DNA from: a virus
Virus genome (UHGV): UHGV-0140470
Reading direction: 5' to 3' (one strand)
DNA length: 33,954 nt
In this document: positions 1 to 7,342 of the stretch, piece after piece
Layout: the number at the start of each line of letters is the position of its first letter
How positions within the stretch are numbered: the stretch's first letter is position 1
Program-made: the position numbers and the translations under genes
Notes under the pieces: generated by a model
Told to the model about the DNA's origin: nothing
The model's database searches: none
What the model saw: only the letters and a program-made list of their open reading frames with translations

Positions 1-73
1 TTTAAGGGAATGTTAAAGTTTAACTTGTATTAATTTTTGTTTATAAGGGTTTGATTCGTTTCGTTTCCTCATC

Positions 74-120
74 GACTTTTAATCAGCGGGTCCAGAGTTC
101 GAGCCTCTGTTCGCCCACCA
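74..120 (+). tRNA. 3' half of tRNA-Lys(TTT); phage att core, not a complete tRNA
   Basis: GACTTTTAATC anticodon arm, T-arm CAGAG-TTCGAGC-CTCTG and CCA end; the expected 5' acceptor strand (GGGCGAA) and D-arm are absent upstream. Confidence 0.9.
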
Positions 121-123
121 TTC

Positions 124-161
124 AAACCCTTGAAAAACCTCGCGTTTTCTCAAGGGTTTTT
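124..161 (+). terminator. Intrinsic terminator after the tRNA fragment
   Basis: AAACCCTTGA...TCAAGGGTTT stem followed by Ts. Confidence 0.8.
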
Positions 162-180
162 GTTTGCGTTATCAAACACA

Positions 181-206
181 TTAGACTTTTCCCGTTAGAC
201 TTTAAC
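181..206 (+). repeat. Putative integrase arm-type sites
   Basis: TTAGACTTT at 181 and 195; 12-24 is a 12/13 inverted match to 194-206 on the other side of the core. Confidence 0.6.
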
Positions 207-268
207 TTTTTGTTGCCCTTTGATTGTTGATTTTGTGATGACATTTTTGTCGCCCTTTTTTAAAAGAA

Positions 269-344
269 CGGGGCGATTTCGCCCCGCTTTTTTAGATAAA
301 ATCTAAAGGAATTAACGTGCATCGTTGGTGGTCGTGCCCGATGC
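269..344 (+). repeat. 76-bp direct repeat copy 1 (bidirectional terminator plus 3' end of Bro-N gene)
   Basis: Matches 31385-31459 with 2 substitutions and 1 T-run indel; contains CGGGGCGA-TT-TCGCCCCG hairpin with T/A tails. Confidence 0.95.
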
Positions 345-1134
345 GTATGCTTGACCAAGGCAAAACGCCCTTAATCCCGCGCAGAGCATGACGGTATTTC
401 CCCGCCGCAAATGCCGTCGTCCTGAACACCTTGTCCAAAAATGAATGCCCGTTTAAAACAGCCAGATATTTCTGTCCGTCAAGATAAAAAAAACGCATGC
501 CGTAACGCTTTAACGTTTCATCATCGTTTCGGCGTACCAAATCGCGGACAGTGCTTCCGTCCGATACGGCGGCATCCGTTAAAATTGCCAAACATCGGCG
601 CCCCGTTTCTTCTGATGATGTTTGCGAAATGCAATCGGGCGTCTCAAAGCCGATTTTCGGCAACGGAGAACGCGTCCACATTTCCCGTGCGGCATTCCGA
701 CCGTATAATAACCGCGTCTCACGTATCATTTTCAGCCATTGCGACGTGGAACGGTCGGGCAAAACGTCCGTACGATCGCCGTTGTCTCCTTCGCCGTCAT
801 CAGACGGCAGAACGTAACTGCCGGTTTTGCGGATTGCAGGCAATACTTCGCCCGTTACCTACTTGCGAAAACGTTTCGCTTCGGGTTTGCGGCTGACAAT
901 CACCAGATGATACAGTCCGCTCTCGTTAATGACTGTCATTTCTTGGCTACCGCCAAGGGTGTCCACTTTATGGACACCCTTTTCATCGTCATCTAACAGG
1001 CGTGTCGCGTGCGGCGTATGTTCAAACTCCAACACCCGCGCAACATCGGCGGCGACGAACCACGGCTCCCCGTCCTTTTCAATGACGCGAACGGGGTTTT
1101 CGTCAAAATCAAACGTTTGCAGGTTATTTCCCAT
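292..1134 (-). pseudogene. Bro-N (antirepressor-like) protein, 280 codons, interrupted by in-frame TAG at 859-861
   Basis: Bro-N motifs PWFVAADV, INESGLYHL, FRK*VTGEVLPAIRKTGSY; the stop sits where a conserved Trp is expected; ORFs 859..1134 and 292..843 are in the same frame. Confidence 0.88.
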
Positions 1135-1306
1135 TTTTCAATTCCTCTATTGCGTATTTCAAAACTTTGACGGCATACTCCAGCGCCGCCAGCTCAAACG
1201 TTTTTAAAAGAATTTCATCCTTTTTTGCTTTGGGCATATGCCTGAACAACAGGATGACTTCGCGTTCGCGGTCGGTTAAATCGTCTAATGTGGATTTGGA
1301 TGTCAT
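1124..1306 (-). CDS. 60-aa protein in the icd-like position; resembles the repressor C-terminal helices
   Basis: ATG at 1306 with AAGGAG SD; LTDREREVILLFRHMPKAKKDEIL; overlaps the Bro-N start. Confidence 0.7.
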   Translation of the reverse strand: MTSKSTLDDLTDREREVILLFRHMPKAKKDEILLKTFELAALEYAVKVLKYAIEELKNGK

Positions 1307-1369
1307 TTTAAAAGCTCCTTGTTCAAAGCGTTTCAGAACGCCGACTAAGGAGCTTTTGAGACCCGATAG

Positions 1370-1443
1370 GCGGCGGGGGCTCAAAACGCTGAACAAGAAG
1401 CGCGGAGTTATTACCCGAAGGCTATTCCTCGCACCCCCGCCAT
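1370..1443 (-). ncRNA. C4-like antisense RNA
   Basis: Closing stem GGCGGGGG/CCCCCGCC; internal CTTGTTCA and TTTTGAGC elements are complementary to targets upstream (1492-1499, 1506-1513) and downstream (1354-1360, 1318-1325 at the SD), matching P1/P7 c4 architecture. Confidence 0.8.
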
Positions 1444-1522
1444 TAAAAACGGGCATAAAAAGACCGCAATTTCTGACGGGTGCGGCGGCCGCTTGTTCAA
1501 TGTGGTTTTGAGCCACGTTGAA

Positions 1523-1552
1523 AGCATAGCCGTATTGCCGAGTCACCGTCAA
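1523..1552 (-). promoter_or_regulatory. Sigma70-like promoter of the C4/Bro-N operon
   Basis: TTGACG-18 nt-TATGCT. Confidence 0.65.
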
Positions 1553-1563
1553 GGGAAAAAGCG

Positions 1564-1836
1564 TCATAATTCCTCCTCTAGTTTGTCAATTTTGCGTTCT
1601 AACCAGTTGATTTCGTCTTCTGCGTTAGAAACGGCGCGATATGCGTCCTGAACTGAATCTTGAATTTCTTCAATCAGTCGCTTTATTTTTTTGCTCGGGT
1701 CGATTTTTTCGAGCGGTTCTTGATCGCAAATTTCTTTGAGCAATACGATCTTGTCAAAGTTCGTCGCGGAGTGTTTGAACTCCGCGATTTTTTCATTGTC
1801 GAAATAAATTTCGTCGCCGATGACTTTAATTAACAT
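1564..1836 (-). CDS. Hypothetical coiled-coil protein
   Basis: 90-aa ORF overlapping the upstream gene in the leftward operon. Confidence 0.65.
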   Translation of the reverse strand: MLIKVIGDEIYFDNEKIAEFKHSATNFDKIVLLKEICDQEPLEKIDPSKKIKRLIEEIQDSVQDAYRAVSNAEDEINWLERKIDKLEEEL

Positions 1837-2068
1837 GTCGTTTCTCCGCTTCTTTGATAGATGCGGAAAGTCCCAAAGTTTTGGTCATTACAGAGTAAGC
1901 TAAAAACTTGCTTACCGCCGCAAGTATCAACGCTCTGGCATCTTTGCTCTCTTTTAATGCGTAAAAAAGGATCTCTATAATTTGTTCTCCGTTCCCGTTA
2001 ATGTGGATAAGGATTTTTTCGCCCATGTTTGTGAGTTCGAAACATACTTTTTCTTCGTCTTTTTCCAT
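1826..2068 (-). CDS. Hypothetical protein
   Basis: 80-aa ORF with AAGGAG SD. Confidence 0.7.
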   Translation of the reverse strand: MEKDEEKVCFELTNMGEKILIHINGNGEQIIEILFYALKESKDARALILAAVSKFLAYSVMTKTLGLSASIKEAEKRHVN

Positions 2069-2080
2069 CTTTATCTCCTT

Positions 2081-2239
2081 TTAGATCAGCGCGGCCGTTG
2101 CGACGGCGGCAGTTAAAAATACGCGCGTCAGAGTACGGCGAAGACGAAGACGGCGGATCCGCCGCGGTGTTAAGGGACGTGCCAGCGCGAAAAAAATTTG
2201 ATTTCTTTCGTCATTTGTCGGATAATTAAAAGTGTTCAT
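2081..2239 (-). CDS. Small basic/hydrophobic protein (52 aa, not in the ORF track)
   Basis: MNTFNYPTNDERNQIFFALARPLTPRRIRRLRLRRTLTRVFLTAAVATAALI; fills the operon gap. Confidence 0.5.
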   Translation of the reverse strand: MNTFNYPTNDERNQIFFALARPLTPRRIRRLRLRRTLTRVFLTAAVATAALI

Positions 2240-2349
2240 TTTTTTACCTATTAAGCAGGGCGCCTTCTGTTTGAAGACGCCTTATTTTTTCCCAAACTTT
2301 AAGTCCCGCTTCGCCGGTCTTGGGAGATAACCGGCAAAGCGGTGCGGCT

Positions 2350-3447
2350 TTAGACCGCAAATTCAAGTTTGCGTATCGCGTTCGCCGCCATGCGGCCGTT
2401 ACGCGGCAAGTATGTTTCCAAAATTTGACGGCATGATTCCAATTTGTGACCGGTAACCGCAGAAATCTCGGCTTCCGTCGCTCCGGCTTCCGCTAAGCGG
2501 ACAACCGCCGTTCGACGCAAATCCATGAATTGAAGATTTTCAAAGTCTATTTCCGGATGTCGCTTCGCGGCTTGTTTCAAAACCTGACGGAATAATTTTC
2601 TAAAATAATCCGCTTTGTACGGTAAGCCCGTCGTTTCTGAACAAATTATCGTTCGTTGCCCCCGCACCCGAATTGAAGACAAAACTTCCAAAACGCGTTT
2701 GTGCGCGGGAACTTCTATCCAAACTTTCGTCTTGCTTTGACGCAAACGAAAGCTTTGGCCGTTAAACTGGGTCGGCGTCAACGACAAAACGTCGCCTTGT
2801 CGTTGCCCAAGATAGGCAGACAGTATAAACGCCGCCGCGATTGAGGGACGACGAAGCTCATATGCCGTTTCAATAAAGGCGTTCTCGGCATCAAGCGTCC
2901 AAACGCTGGAACGCGGAGATGATGATATAAGCCCCGGTTTTAATGCCGGATTATATTTCATCCAACCGTGATTCACTCCGAATTGTAATGTTAAACGCAA
3001 AACACGCATGCAGGCGTTCGCCGTCGCAGGATGACGCCGGTACTCCGCTTCATAAAAATTCAAAATTGAAGCCCGGTCGATAAAACGGACAATTTCTTTT
3101 CCAAAACGTTTCCCCAATATATTAAGGCTTTGGTCGTAGCCGCGACGCGTTTTTTCTGCAAGCCTTAACCAGCGCGTTGAATTTTTGTAGGATGCCACAA
3201 GAGCGTCAAAAGATTCCGGATGCCGACGTACTTGAGATAAAAAAGGTAAATTCTGACCGCGAGACCATTCATCAACGGACATATTTATTTTCGTCGCTTC
3301 GGCAACCGCGTCTGTATAATCGTCAGGCAAGCGGGTCAGTTTAAAACCGTTTTTGCGTAAAATCGCAGACGGTTGCCAATAATATCGCGTCCCCGTTTTG
3401 TCCGTTCGGGTGGTCATATAGCGTACTTTAAATCTTCTTTTGGTCAT
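2350..3447 (-). CDS. int: Tyrosine integrase
   Basis: GQRQGD, MDLRRT (HxxR position), TGH and ETYL catalytic motifs; AAGGAGG SD before ATG 3447. Confidence 0.95.
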   Translation of the reverse strand: MTKRRFKVRYMTTRTDKTGTRYYWQPSAILRKNGFKLTRLPDDYTDAVAEATKINMSVDEWSRGQNLPFLSQVRRHPESFDALVASYKNSTRWLRLAEKTRRGYDQSLNILGKRFGKEIVRFIDRASILNFYEAEYRRHPATANACMRVLRLTLQFGVNHGWMKYNPALKPGLISSSPRSSVWTLDAENAFIETAYELRRPSIAAAFILSAYLGQRQGDVLSLTPTQFNGQSFRLRQSKTKVWIEVPAHKRVLEVLSSIRVRGQRTIICSETTGLPYKADYFRKLFRQVLKQAAKRHPEIDFENLQFMDLRRTAVVRLAEAGATEAEISAVTGHKLESCRQILETYLPRNGRMAANAIRKLEFAV

Positions 3448-3484
3448 TTTTAGGTCCTCCTTAGAGAAGACATCATCTGTTTTA

Positions 3485-3525
3485 AATCTACAAAAAGTAA
3501 ATAATTCTGTCAATTACAAAATATA
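3485..3525 (-). promoter_or_regulatory. Leftward early promoter with overlapping operator-like motifs
   Basis: TTGACA-17-TAGATT; TACAAAAAGTA (3489) and TACAAAATATA (3515) resemble TACAGAATGTA at the cro promoter. Confidence 0.7.
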
Positions 3526-3535
3526 GATTTTGCGA

Positions 3536-3568
3536 ATAAAAAAATCCCCCCGTTTGCGAGGGTGGGGG
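3536..3568 (-). terminator. Intrinsic terminator of the repressor/mini-gene unit
   Basis: CCCCC...GGGGGG stem followed by a T7 run on the minus strand. Confidence 0.65.
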
Positions 3569-3597
3569 TAAATTATGGCGGTTCAGAAAGAAATTGC

Positions 3598-3714
3598 TTA
3601 AAGTAATTCCTTTCTTTTGTGTGGAGGAAGGCGGGCTAAAAGATCGAGAAACTCTTTTTCGAGTGTCTCCTCGTTCTTGTTCTGGTTTTCATTCTTTTCT
3701 GTTTTTTCCGTCAT
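3598..3714 (-). CDS. 38-aa mini-protein resembling the repressor C-terminal helices (not in the ORF track)
   Basis: MTEKTEKNENQNKNEETLEKEFLDLLARLPPHKRKELL versus repressor EDQVMLEYFRRLPPKRKERYL. Confidence 0.6.
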   Translation of the reverse strand: MTEKTEKNENQNKNEETLEKEFLDLLARLPPHKRKELL

Positions 3715-3723
3715 GGGAATATA

Positions 3724-3766
3724 TTGAACAAATACCATTAAAATAAAATTAACAGTATTTGTTCAA
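3724..3766. promoter_or_regulatory. Perfect 12-bp inverted repeat overlapping a possible minus-strand promoter
   Basis: TTGAACAAATAC-19 nt-GTATTTGTTCAA; TTGAAC-18-TTTAAT on the minus strand. Confidence 0.6.
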
Positions 3767-3784
3767 CTATAAATTGTGTTTTTT

Positions 3785-4138
3785 TTATCCGGCTTTTTCT
3801 TTTGCTTTTTCGGGAGCCTCTGTTTCTTCCAAATCTTCTATCTCTTCGCGTAAGTTACGCAAATATCTTTCTTTACGCTTGGGAGGCAGGCGGCGAAAGT
3901 ATTCGAGCATAACCTGATCTTCGCGTGACAGTGTCGGCGTTTCTCCCAGCAGTTCAGCTTTTGTACAGCCGAGCGCTTTTGATAAACGATCAAGCCATTC
4001 GGGAGACAGTTTACGTTCGCCGGTTTCAAGAAAAAAAATTTGACCGGGCGTCGTATTAACGAGTTCGGCAACCTGCTTTTGGGTAAGCCCCATTTTTTTT
4101 CTTATATAAAAAAGCGCATTTTTTTTCATAAGAAACAT
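3785..4138 (-). CDS. CI-like XRE-family repressor without an S24 peptidase domain
   Basis: IRKKMGLTQKQVAELVNTTPGQIFFLETGERK HTH, divergent from cro; start 4138 or 4129. Confidence 0.9.
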   Translation of the reverse strand: MFLMKKNALFYIRKKMGLTQKQVAELVNTTPGQIFFLETGERKLSPEWLDRLSKALGCTKAELLGETPTLSREDQVMLEYFRRLPPKRKERYLRNLREEIEDLEETEAPEKAKEKAG

Positions 4139-4166
4139 TTTATTTTCGTCGCGTTTTTTATCAATC

Positions 4167-4222
4167 CATATTCTGTATATAAAAAAGGTCTTGACGCGAG
4201 GCATATAAAAGTACAGAATGTA
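4167..4222 (+). promoter_or_regulatory. Rightward early promoter/operators
   Basis: TTGACG(4191)-17-CAGAAT(4214); TACAGAATGTA at 4212 and an inverted copy at 4167; cro ATG starts 7 nt after the -10 box, suggesting a leaderless mRNA. Confidence 0.65.
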
Positions 4223-4225
4223 AAA

Positions 4226-4468
4226 ATGAAACTATCAGAGTATCTGGCTTTGTATGCCATCAAACAAAATAAATTCGCCGAGAAAATTGGCGAAAAGCCT
4301 GCGCGCATAAATCATTATTGTATCGGAACGCGTATTCCGCGCCACGATATTATGCGCAAAATCTATGTCGCAACAAATGGCGCTGTAACGCCAAACGACT
4401 TTTACGGCTTGCCCGACGGGACGTTGTTCTTTGCTAACCCGCCGAGCTTGCCTAAAGAGGAGGCCTGA
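4226..4468 (+). CDS. Cro-like HTH protein
   Basis: MKLSEYL...FAEKIG...TNGAVTPNDF; divergent from the repressor. Confidence 0.85.
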   Translation: MKLSEYLALYAIKQNKFAEKIGEKPARINHYCIGTRIPRHDIMRKIYVATNGAVTPNDFYGLPDGTLFFANPPSLPKEEA

Positions 4469-4514
4469 TGATGTCTCTCGTCTTGTGTGTCCGGGCGCCC
4501 TCTCCTGATTCAGA

Positions 4515-4574
4515 ATCGGTCAGGATGGGGAGAGATTCAATATTATCAAATGACATCGGTCAGGATGGGGAGAG
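4515..4574 (+). repeat. 20-bp direct repeat, 40-bp period
   Basis: ATCGGTCAGGATGGGGAGAG at 4515 and 4555. Confidence 0.9.
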
Positions 4575-4853
4575 GCTCTGCGCAAAAAATACGCGGGTAA
4601 CTCCGCGGCAAAGCGCATCGCTCGCGATTTCGGGGTTGAACCGCGAACAGCGTCCGCGTGGATGCAGGGCGGAGCTCCATATGTCAGGCATCTGTGCCGC
4701 GCTGCAGAGATGTTCGGCGTCGCTTTCGTCGTGCGCGTCATCGCGCCAAACTCGGTGTTCGCCGACGTCGCTGATGTCGATCAAGCTTTGGGAGCACTAA
4801 GACGACAGATCGACGATCTGGGCGAACGTATCAGGCGGCTGGAAGAGGAATAA
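4525..4853 (+). pseudogene. CII-like HTH regulator, apparently frameshifted near 4560-4590
   Basis: The frame of ORF 4662..4853 is open from 4554 and encodes EALRKKYAGNSAAKRIARDFGVEPRTASAWMQG, but has no ATG/GTG/TTG before the HTH; nearby ATGs are in other frames. Confidence 0.55.
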
Positions 4854-4946
4854 ATATGAGGGACGGGTTCTGCGTGCTGTTGGCAAAAATATTGAACCGA
4901 TGGGCTAACGCGTTGACTGCGTATGTCGAACGGAAAAGGAGAAAAA

Positions 4947-6074
4947 ATGGCCGAGTATAAAGGATACCGCGCGGCAGACCATTACTCGATCCCGCAAATA
5001 GCCGCCGCGCTGAACGACAAGATTATCTATATTATAAGCCTGCTTGGCCTTAAAGGGCGGCAGGACGGTATAGATTACGTTTGTTTCAATCCTACAAGAA
5101 ACGACAGACATCTCGGCTCATTCAGAATCATAACAAAAGGCGAACGACGGGGGCTTTGGATCGATTTCGCAACAGGCGATAAAGGCGATGCTTTGGCTCT
5201 TATCGCATATGTAAAAAAATGCGGAACTCATGAAGCCATAAAAAAATACGCCGAACCGATACTCGGTATAACAGATACGCATAAACCAGAATTGCCTAAT
5301 GTCCGTGACCGTAAGGATTGGGACGAAGAATTCCAAAAAGAAGAAATCGAACGTCGCAAAGATAGCGGGAAAAGGGCAATGAGCATATTCCTTAAGGCGT
5401 CTCCAAACCTAAAAGGAAGCCCCGTCGACGGATATTTGGTGGGGCGCGGTATCAATATGGCCGTATTGGGAAAGGCTCCCGGTTCTATCAGATACCATCC
5501 GGAGCTTTTTAACGCCGAACGTCAAATAAATATGCCGGCTATGATCGCTCTGATACAGGATTGTTCAGGTAAGCCGTTGGCTCTGCACAGAACGTACCTC
5601 GAAAAAGTGGGGATGGATTGGAAAAAAGCAGAACTGAAAGAAGCAAAAAAGGTCTTAGGTCCTTTTAAAGGCGGATATATCCCCATCATCAAGGGAAAAA
5701 GCGCAAAAACTTTGGCTATGGCAGAGGATGGCGAAACAATATTCATCGCTGAAGGCGTCGAAACCGCTTTGTCCGTCGCTTTGCACTTTCCGGATAAACG
5801 CGTCATCGCCAGCGTCAGCGTGGGAAATATACAAAACCTGACTTTGCCTGCGGCAATAAAAACTGTCGTCTTGTGTCTGGATAACGACGGGGAAAACAGC
5901 GGATCTCCGCGGGCTTATGACGCCGCGGCAAGGCGATTCATAAGTGAAGGGCGAAAAGTGCTGGAATTTGCTCCTCCGGCCGAGTTCGGAGACTTTAACG
6001 ATTGGCAAAAAGCTTTGCTGAAAAACGACGAAGCAGTGCCTTTGCCAGAATTAAATCAGGAGGCGGCGGAATGA
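4947..6074 (+). CDS. DNA primase (Toprim domain)
   Basis: WIDFATGDKGD N-domain, ALHRTYL, IFIAEGVETALS, LCLDND, GDFND. Confidence 0.9.
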   Translation: MAEYKGYRAADHYSIPQIAAALNDKIIYIISLLGLKGRQDGIDYVCFNPTRNDRHLGSFRIITKGERRGLWIDFATGDKGDALALIAYVKKCGTHEAIKKYAEPILGITDTHKPELPNVRDRKDWDEEFQKEEIERRKDSGKRAMSIFLKASPNLKGSPVDGYLVGRGINMAVLGKAPGSIRYHPELFNAERQINMPAMIALIQDCSGKPLALHRTYLEKVGMDWKKAELKEAKKVLGPFKGGYIPIIKGKSAKTLAMAEDGETIFIAEGVETALSVALHFPDKRVIASVSVGNIQNLTLPAAIKTVVLCLDNDGENSGSPRAYDAAARRFISEGRKVLEFAPPAEFGDFNDWQKALLKNDEAVPLPELNQEAAE

Positions 6075-6149
6075 CCCGAAAAGTAACAAAAAATCCCCGC
6101 GCCCGATTTTATTCAAACAGAATTCGCGCCCGAAATGACGCAATAACTT

Positions 6150-6420
6150 ACGGTTGTGACTTTTCGGAATGTGTCAGGAACGTGTCAAAATCTGTGTCAG
6201 AAAAACCTTTGACTGCTCTTTGGTCGCAGGGTGTGACACTGATGACACAGACGACACAGTACGCACGCGCATATATGCGTACGCAGGCGCGCGCACGTAC
6301 ACGTGTATGTGTTGCGTGTGTCGCGCGTGTCATATCGTGTTTTTTACTTATATATCAAATAGATAGAAATATAAAAAATAACACTGACTTGGCACTTGTG
6401 ACACAGAAAACGTCATAACT
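6150..6420. other. Putative replication origin (iterons, purine-pyrimidine tract, AT-rich segment)
   Basis: GTGTCA at 6171, 6182, 6194, 6327; TGACAC at 6234, 6243, 6399 plus variants; AT-rich 6340-6380; directly after primase. Confidence 0.7.
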
Positions 6421-6453
6421 TTTTGAAAAATAATAAAATATTGGGATTTTATT

Positions 6454-7017
6454 ATGGGGGATGACAAAAACGGCATAAAAACAGCAGTCGCCGAATTGAT
6501 TGATGACGGAGATATGTGCGTCCTGCCGCCAGAGGAAGAGATTGAGCAAATGACATTGTTCGATAAAATGAACGATGTTAAGTCAATCCAAAAAAATCCT
6601 CATGACTTCGGCCAGGCCTTGAGACGTGCCGCCGGACGTCCAAAAGGTGCCAAAAACAAGGCAACCTTGGCAAATAAGGAATATTGCCTGCGGCGAGGAT
6701 ACCCGTGCGCTTTGGATTTAATCGCCTTCGAAGCTTCCCAGGATCCTTTGGAAGTCAAAAAACGTATGGGATGCTCTATTGAGGCGGCAATGGCTTGGGT
6801 GCGTTCGTTCCGTGAACAGTACGCAGACTTTACCGAAAAACGTCAGCCGCGCGCTGTCGCCGTTGAAGGCGATGTCGCTCCGGTCTTCAATGTTGTCCAG
6901 TTCGGAGACCAAGCTGAAAAAATTAACGGTCTGATTGATGCACGCTTTCATGTCGTCGATAAAGAAAAAACGGCAGATTTCTGCGAAAAACAAAAAGGCG
7001 GGGATGATGAAGTTTAA
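6454..7017 (+). CDS. Putative terminase small subunit
   Basis: GRPKGAKNK motif followed by helical core and C-terminal beta-strand segment; no other TerS candidate. Confidence 0.55.
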   Translation: MGDDKNGIKTAVAELIDDGDMCVLPPEEEIEQMTLFDKMNDVKSIQKNPHDFGQALRRAAGRPKGAKNKATLANKEYCLRRGYPCALDLIAFEASQDPLEVKKRMGCSIEAAMAWVRSFREQYADFTEKRQPRAVAVEGDVAPVFNVVQFGDQAEKINGLIDARFHVVDKEKTADFCEKQKGGDDEV

Positions 7018-7342
7018 CGTACAAAAGTTTAACGTGGCGGCTGATGCGGCAGAAATCAGCCAAAAAATCAAACAAGTCGCACTGTTTGAAAGTCAGCGGC
7101 ACTCCGAAACAGATATGTCTGAAATGGCAAAATGTATTTTTTCGAAACCGCTTCAAACCGGAAAGGGCGGGGCATCCCCCCAGCCCCCCCGTCGGTTCGT
7201 AGAAAGTATGCTTCCTATGATTTTTTTCAATTTTCAAAAGGCGATTTTTTGGATGAGGTCCCAATTCAAGCCAGATTTTGTTCGGGTGCGGGGAAGGGGC
7301 GCGATTTTTTTTGTTTGCCGACGTAATGGAAAGGTCTGAAAA

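Noticed and set aside
60..120. Functional tRNA-Lys gene
   Set aside because: 5' acceptor strand and D-arm are missing; it is only the att core.
859..861. Genome-wide TAG recoding
   Set aside because: Single case at a Trp position; TAG terminates other genes and the long ORFs are uninterrupted in code 11.
1307..1567. N-terminal 87 codons of ORF 1124..1567
   Set aside because: They overlap a promoter and the C4 RNA; a strong SD supports the start at 1306, though an Ash-like reading cannot be excluded.
3715..3780. Canonical LexA/SOS box
   Set aside because: No GTTC-N7-GTTC, CTGT-N8-ACAG or GAAC-N4-GTTC match found by eye.
6002..6418. 138-aa ORF and its antisense ORFs as proteins
   Set aside because: The low-complexity RARARTRVCV sequence derives from iterons and the R/Y tract; an origin is the better explanation.
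6935..7339. 134-aa ORF after the TerS candidate
   Set aside because: No recognisable motif and it runs through homopolymer-rich DNA; a short product from 7004 is possible but unsupported.
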